Source: an uncultured bacterium
GTDB lineage: Bacteria > Bacteroidota > Bacteroidia > CAILMK01
Direction of reading: 5' to 3'
NCBI GenBank assembly: GCA_903829945.1
Contig: CAIKRV010000084.1
Coordinates: forward strand, 6,869 to 70,868
DNA length: 64,000 bases
Of this stretch, positions 59,854-64,000 are shown piece after piece. Positions within the stretch are counted from its first letter, which is position 1; each line of letters begins with the position of its first letter. A model generated the notes under the pieces. It searched no databases. It saw only the letters and a list, made by a program, of their open reading frames with translations, and had not been told where the DNA came from. A program made the position numbers and the translations under genes.

Positions 59854-62733
59854 TTATAATCCAATATTAAAATCAAATGATTGTGTTGTACCGAAAGGTA
59901 AATGTAATGTAGCATTGCCGTAAAAACTAGATTTACCATTTTTTAAATTAATATAACCCCTGCCTACACCATTTACATTCAGATTAGTTTCAAAAAAGAA
60001 AGTATTTAATTTTATTGTTCCATCAGCAACTACAATTAATTCGATTGGCCTTTTGAACCCATCCTGACTAAAAATTTCCTTAAATGACCCGGTGCTATTT
60101 AAATGCATGGGGCCAATGGTCTCCACACCGGAATTATTTGGTGACTGATAAATAAAACTTACAATACAGGTTCCATCAATTTCACCTAAATAGGTATTTG
60201 GTTTATCGCTATTACCAGACATATAAAAATTTGTGGTATTAATGGCAACTAATGATAATTCTCCTGCAATTCTACACAAACTTACACCCCACGTTTTACC
60301 GCTATTTCCGTAGTTAATTACACAATTATTAATTACTAGCAAACCGCCGTAACTATCCAAGATAAAGGTTGCCCCCGCTTTTGTACCAACTGACGGATTT
60401 CCTAAATTAATGGTGGTCGTAAATTCACCCTTTAGATTTGGCTTTTTTGACGAAAAACCTATGTACCCATTCATGGTCATACTTGGTATGGTTATTAAAT
60501 TATCATCACTTAATTCACCACTCATAGACATAGATTTCAAGTAGTCGCTCATACCTAATTTCAAATAAATGGAATTTGATTTATTGTTGGCATTATTTGC
60601 ACTGATGGTGGTTTTATCCTTATCCACCTTATAGTTTAACCCTAGTACACCTTGAATATTATCAACATTAAAACCGGAGCTTAATGCAATATTCGATTTA
60701 TTGGCAATATTTAATAAGGCATAATTAAATGCATTGGCAGTTGCTGCTCCAATTTCAATATTCCCATCAATTGGCAATTGCCCCAAATTACCTGTGAAGG
60801 TACCGGAGAAATTCTGATTAGCATCTAAAATCGCCTTATAGTCTACATTTACAAAAGGAGTAAGTAAATTTCCTGATATTGCAATAGCACTTATATTACC
60901 GGCATCATTAATGCTCATATTATTAATAGGAATAACAATATCCGTATTTATAAATAATTCCAATTTTGCATTAATGAGCAAATTACCTGCAGTATATTGG
61001 GTATTTATTAAATTAAAATTATATCCGTTATAAAGCACTTTCCCGGCACCTGAAAATTGTGTTAATGCCCCATTCCTAATTTCAAAGGCATTGATGTAAA
61101 TTCCTTGGTCAAATAAAGGATGCTTTGCCATTAAGGAACCTCTAATTATTGAAATATCAAAATTTTGATTAAAATCCGTCATCAGATTTTGATTTGAGAA
61201 AGTCATCCCCAGTGCAAATAAATTATTGGAATGAATATTTGCGTTGCAATTCCCGGCGCCGAATTCCAAATCCAATGCAATACTTCCTTGTGTATGTCCT
61301 ATTTGATCAATAGTAGCGGTACCGCTACCGTCAGAAAAAACCAAGCCGTTTAAAATACTCAATTCCATTCCTAAATTGAGCGTATTCAAGGTAACATTAA
61401 AACCATTAACATTATAAAATGCGCCTCCTATCCCTGTAAAATTTCCTTTATAGGAACCACTGGCATTTAAGCTTGCATTATAAATACTGGCAAGAATTGT
61501 TTGAGGACTGCCCTTTACCAAATCCAAATGAATATTTTTTACGCCGGAAAAGTTAAAGTTTCCATTCCACCCATTAACGTTGTTATAGGCAAAACCAATG
61601 GGCCCGCTGATGCCTTGTTTGAGTAGCACCAGTCCGCCTGATAATGCTTTATCTTGATTCATGATTACATTCATGGCAATTGCCCCGCCTAAGGCTCCGG
61701 AAGGACTTACTTTTAAATTAACATTGTTAATATGTGCATCCAAAAATCCGATTTCGCCTATATCAGCATCACCATTCCAAAGAATAACTACATCCTTAAA
61801 TTTTCCATTTTGACAATTTTTCTTAAAACTTACAGAAGCTCCATTGATGGGAACTTGTTTTTGAGCAATACCGCCATCCATCACTAAATCAAAGGAAGCA
61901 TTACCGGAAGTGTAGAGACAATATCCTTGTCCATCCGGTTCAGCAGCGGTAGCGGCAGTATTAAATTTTACTTGCAACGGACCAAAATTCATATTTGTAA
62001 TCGCCGGGTCGCAATGACAAGAAACCCTGCAATATTTTACCATGGCCACAGCAGAATAAGATACCCCTTGAATGACAAAAACCACCTTAATCGGCGTTAA
62101 ACTTGTGGTATCATTTAGTTTTATAGTTACTGTTTTTGAATTGGTATTGGATAAACTAACGGCAGTTCCGCTAAGTACAGACCATGAGAATGAGCCTCCG
62201 TCATTTTCAGGATAAGGCAAAGCATCTACTTCTCCTGTTTTGGATTGTCCGATACAAATGGTATCAGGAATACTGACTTTAATACTATAAACATTAAAAT
62301 CAAAAGGCACATCACCGCTTTGATCGCTTACCTTGCCTTCTTGTACCCATCTATTTTCTTCAGCATCCCAAATACCGCCGGATTTAAAATGTACTTGAAA
62401 ATGACCATTCAGTTTTGCCGGTGCACTCAATCCTGGTGCAGGACTATTACTGACATCCGGATAGACCTTACCTACCCATGTTTTGGTTTCATTTGGTCCG
62501 ATGGTAAAATCATTGGGGGTGACAGAATATAAAATTGGTCCTTGGGTAGTAATGGTAACAGTGCCATTCTCATTCTTATCGGTGGTTTTAGATTGAGAAC
62601 CCGTATAGCTGGAATATTCTCCTGTTTGTTTACTTACATATAGCTTTTGGGCATGCAGCACGGATACGCTACTAAGCAAACTGAGGACAATTCCGGAAAT
62701 ACAAATTTTATATTGTTGTAAAATTCTTTTCAT
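59854..62733 (-). CDS. Large (959 aa) secreted Asn/Gly/Ser/Thr-rich beta-protein of unknown function
   Basis: Signal peptide (SVSVLHAQ). ~700 aa of low-complexity sequence with alternating hydrophobic residues and repetitive, strand-like character. No recognizable catalytic motif. Confidence 0.5.
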   Translation of the reverse strand: MKRILQQYKICISGIVLSLLSSVSVLHAQKLYVSKQTGEYSSYTGSQSKTTDKNENGTVTITTQGPILYSVTPNDFTIGPNETKTWVGKVYPDVSNSPAPGLSAPAKLNGHFQVHFKSGGIWDAEENRWVQEGKVSDQSGDVPFDFNVYSIKVSIPDTICIGQSKTGEVDALPYPENDGGSFSWSVLSGTAVSLSNTNSKTVTIKLNDTTSLTPIKVVFVIQGVSYSAVAMVKYCRVSCHCDPAITNMNFGPLQVKFNTAATAAEPDGQGYCLYTSGNASFDLVMDGGIAQKQVPINGASVSFKKNCQNGKFKDVVILWNGDADIGEIGFLDAHINNVNLKVSPSGALGGAIAMNVIMNQDKALSGGLVLLKQGISGPIGFAYNNVNGWNGNFNFSGVKNIHLDLVKGSPQTILASIYNASLNASGSYKGNFTGIGGAFYNVNGFNVTLNTLNLGMELSILNGLVFSDGSGTATIDQIGHTQGSIALDLEFGAGNCNANIHSNNLFALGMTFSNQNLMTDFNQNFDISIIRGSLMAKHPLFDQGIYINAFEIRNGALTQFSGAGKVLYNGYNFNLINTQYTAGNLLINAKLELFINTDIVIPINNMSINDAGNISAIAISGNLLTPFVNVDYKAILDANQNFSGTFTGNLGQLPIDGNIEIGAATANAFNYALLNIANKSNIALSSGFNVDNIQGVLGLNYKVDKDKTTISANNANNKSNSIYLKLGMSDYLKSMSMSGELSDDNLITIPSMTMNGYIGFSSKKPNLKGEFTTTINLGNPSVGTKAGATFILDSYGGLLVINNCVINYGNSGKTWGVSLCRIAGELSLVAINTTNFYMSGNSDKPNTYLGEIDGTCIVSFIYQSPNNSGVETIGPMHLNSTGSFKEIFSQDGFKRPIELIVVADGTIKLNTFFFETNLNVNGVGRGYINLKNGKSSFYGNATLHLPFGTTQSFDFNIGL

Positions 62734-62738
62734 GCGTT

Positions 62739-64000
62739 TTAGAAAATAAAATTCAGATTTGCCGTTCCATAATAATCATTATACTTATTGGCCGGATTGG
62801 CATCTCTATAGTTTGAATTTCCTGTTTCTATATAAAAATTAATGTGTGTGTTTATTTCTTGTCTGTATTGTAAAACTAATGAATTTCTTGAATTGGAAGT
62901 AGTATATAAAGTGGCTTCATTTTTATTGGAATTATAACCTGCGGTGACGGTAATTTTTGGTTTTTTAAAATTATATGCGATCGCTCCTCCAAAGGTATTA
63001 AGTTTTTGCAAGGAACCACCTGCTTTGGTGATGGTATTATAATTTGAATATTGCCCGGTGATCGACAATGGGATATTCAGATTTTGTTGCACCGTAGCAA
63101 ATATAACACTTGAGTTGCTGTTATTATCAGGTAGGGCCGTATTATTTCTTACAGTTCCGCTATACATCATATTAAAATTAGTTGCTGCTTTACCTTCTTG
63201 CAATCTATAATTTAAACCGGCATTATAGGTAAGTAGCTTATCATTAATTTTAAAATCCTGTTCAATATAACTTGTTGTTATTCTGTCATTTTCCCTAAAT
63301 CCTGCAAAAGCTTGCGGCCATCTTGGATGGGGACTAAAACTTAAATTTGCGATATAATAATTATTAATAACCTTATTGGTAAGCTGATTGTACAAGTTAT
63401 TATCATTAGTAACGTACTTTAACTGAAGGCCTATTCTGCGTTTCCAAAAATTCATATTATCGCCAATGCTTACTTCTTCAATATCATTTCTCATAAAAGG
63501 ATTACCAAAGGATTCATATGCCGGACCAACCCTATGATAATCAAATGCAAATTTATTAAAACCCCATTTCAAATTAGCTTTTACAAACCAAGTTGCAGAG
63601 GCTAATTTTTGAATTAATAAAGGAGAAGTGGAAGGATTAATAATAATTAAGTTTTTAAAGAAGGAAGGATCAATAGGAAGACTTTGCTTTAGGGTAGTAT
63701 CTAATTCCAATCGGGTAAATGGGGCTCTGGTATAATCGTTGGTCGTCATGCTCATGGCAAATCCGGCAGATTCTCTGAATACACCATTTTGAGAAAGGAT
63801 GGATTGATCAAACGATACCGCCAGGTTTTGCTTGGGAGCCGTACCCAACTTTATTGAATTGGTATCATCTTGGGCTCGCAATAAAGTCAATCCAAAAATA
63901 GAACCTTCCTGCTCCTTTCCGGCATTAATACGTACTGCAGTCATAGTCCTTCGATAAACCCCCGGATTAACATAAAAGGAATCACGTAAAGCATCATGGC
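62739..64000 (-). CDS. Outer-membrane beta-barrel protein (partial; ORF continues beyond window end)
   Basis: C-terminal ...GTANLNFIF ending with an aromatic residue. The body is Asn/Tyr/Gly-rich with alternating strands. There is no stop codon upstream of the first in-window Met, so the N-terminus is missing. Confidence 0.5.
   Translation of the reverse strand, partial: HDALRDSFYVNPGVYRRTMTAVRINAGKEQEGSIFGLTLLRAQDDTNSIKLGTAPKQNLAVSFDQSILSQNGVFRESAGFAMSMTTNDYTRAPFTRLELDTTLKQSLPIDPSFFKNLIIINPSTSPLLIQKLASATWFVKANLKWGFNKFAFDYHRVGPAYESFGNPFMRNDIEEVSIGDNMNFWKRRIGLQLKYVTNDNNLYNQLTNKVINNYYIANLSFSPHPRWPQAFAGFRENDRITTSYIEQDFKINDKLLTYNAGLNYRLQEGKAATNFNMMYSGTVRNNTALPDNNSNSSVIFATVQQNLNIPLSITGQYSNYNTITKAGGSLQKLNTFGGAIAYNFKKPKITVTAGYNSNKNEATLYTTSNSRNSLVLQYRQEINTHINFYIETGNSNYRDANPANKYNDYYGTANLNFIF

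Noticed and set aside
1-64000. Search for CRISPR arrays, tRNA/rRNA genes and large tandem repeats
   Set aside because: No regularly spaced direct repeats were seen. Intergenic regions are short (mostly under 250 bp) and AT-rich, with no cloverleaf-like GC-rich segments. This was a visual scan only. tRNAscan and a CRISPR finder would be definitive.

Overview
This window reads as a low-GC (~35%) chromosomal segment from a member of Bacteroidota. The call rests on three observations: no Shine-Dalgarno sequences, TAnnTTTG -7 promoter boxes, and many lipoproteins carrying Asn/Lys-rich signal peptides. It is densely coded, with about 54 genes, most of them housekeeping. They include priA, rplY (L25), pth, aroA/aroB, cmk, lpd, a YebC-family regulator, rsmE, a YggS-family PLP protein, htpG, kup, a Xer recombinase, lysA, an RsmB/F methyltransferase, an acyl-CoA carboxyltransferase, and hutI plus formiminotransferase-cyclodeaminase. 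I found no rRNA, tRNA, CRISPR array, transposase or phage genes.

Three regions look accessory or unusual:
- A peptide-scavenging neighbourhood at roughly 2.9-8.1 kb and 15.2-19.8 kb. It holds a YugP-like zinc metallopeptidase, a POT peptide transporter with a C-terminal soluble insertion, a DPP-IV-like S9 peptidase, and an ABC ATPase followed by a 1211-aa ABC-2 permease fused to an M1 aminopeptidase.
- A small glycan operon at 10.5-13.8 kb, next to a tandem cytochrome-c-like lipoprotein.
- An 11-kb stretch of uninterrupted minus-strand genes at 53.2-64.0 kb. A partial outer-membrane beta-barrel, a 959-aa Asn/Gly-rich beta-protein and a 607-aa FN3-repeat protein sit directly upstream of a complete MacB-type ABC/MFP/TolC tripartite exporter. 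This is my best candidate for an undescribed envelope export or assembly system.

Several genes appear to be leaderless: the -7 box lies only 4-8 nt before the ATG. Several ORF-track starts are artefactual TTG codons inside that same box.

All calls come from reading the translated ORFs. No database search was run.
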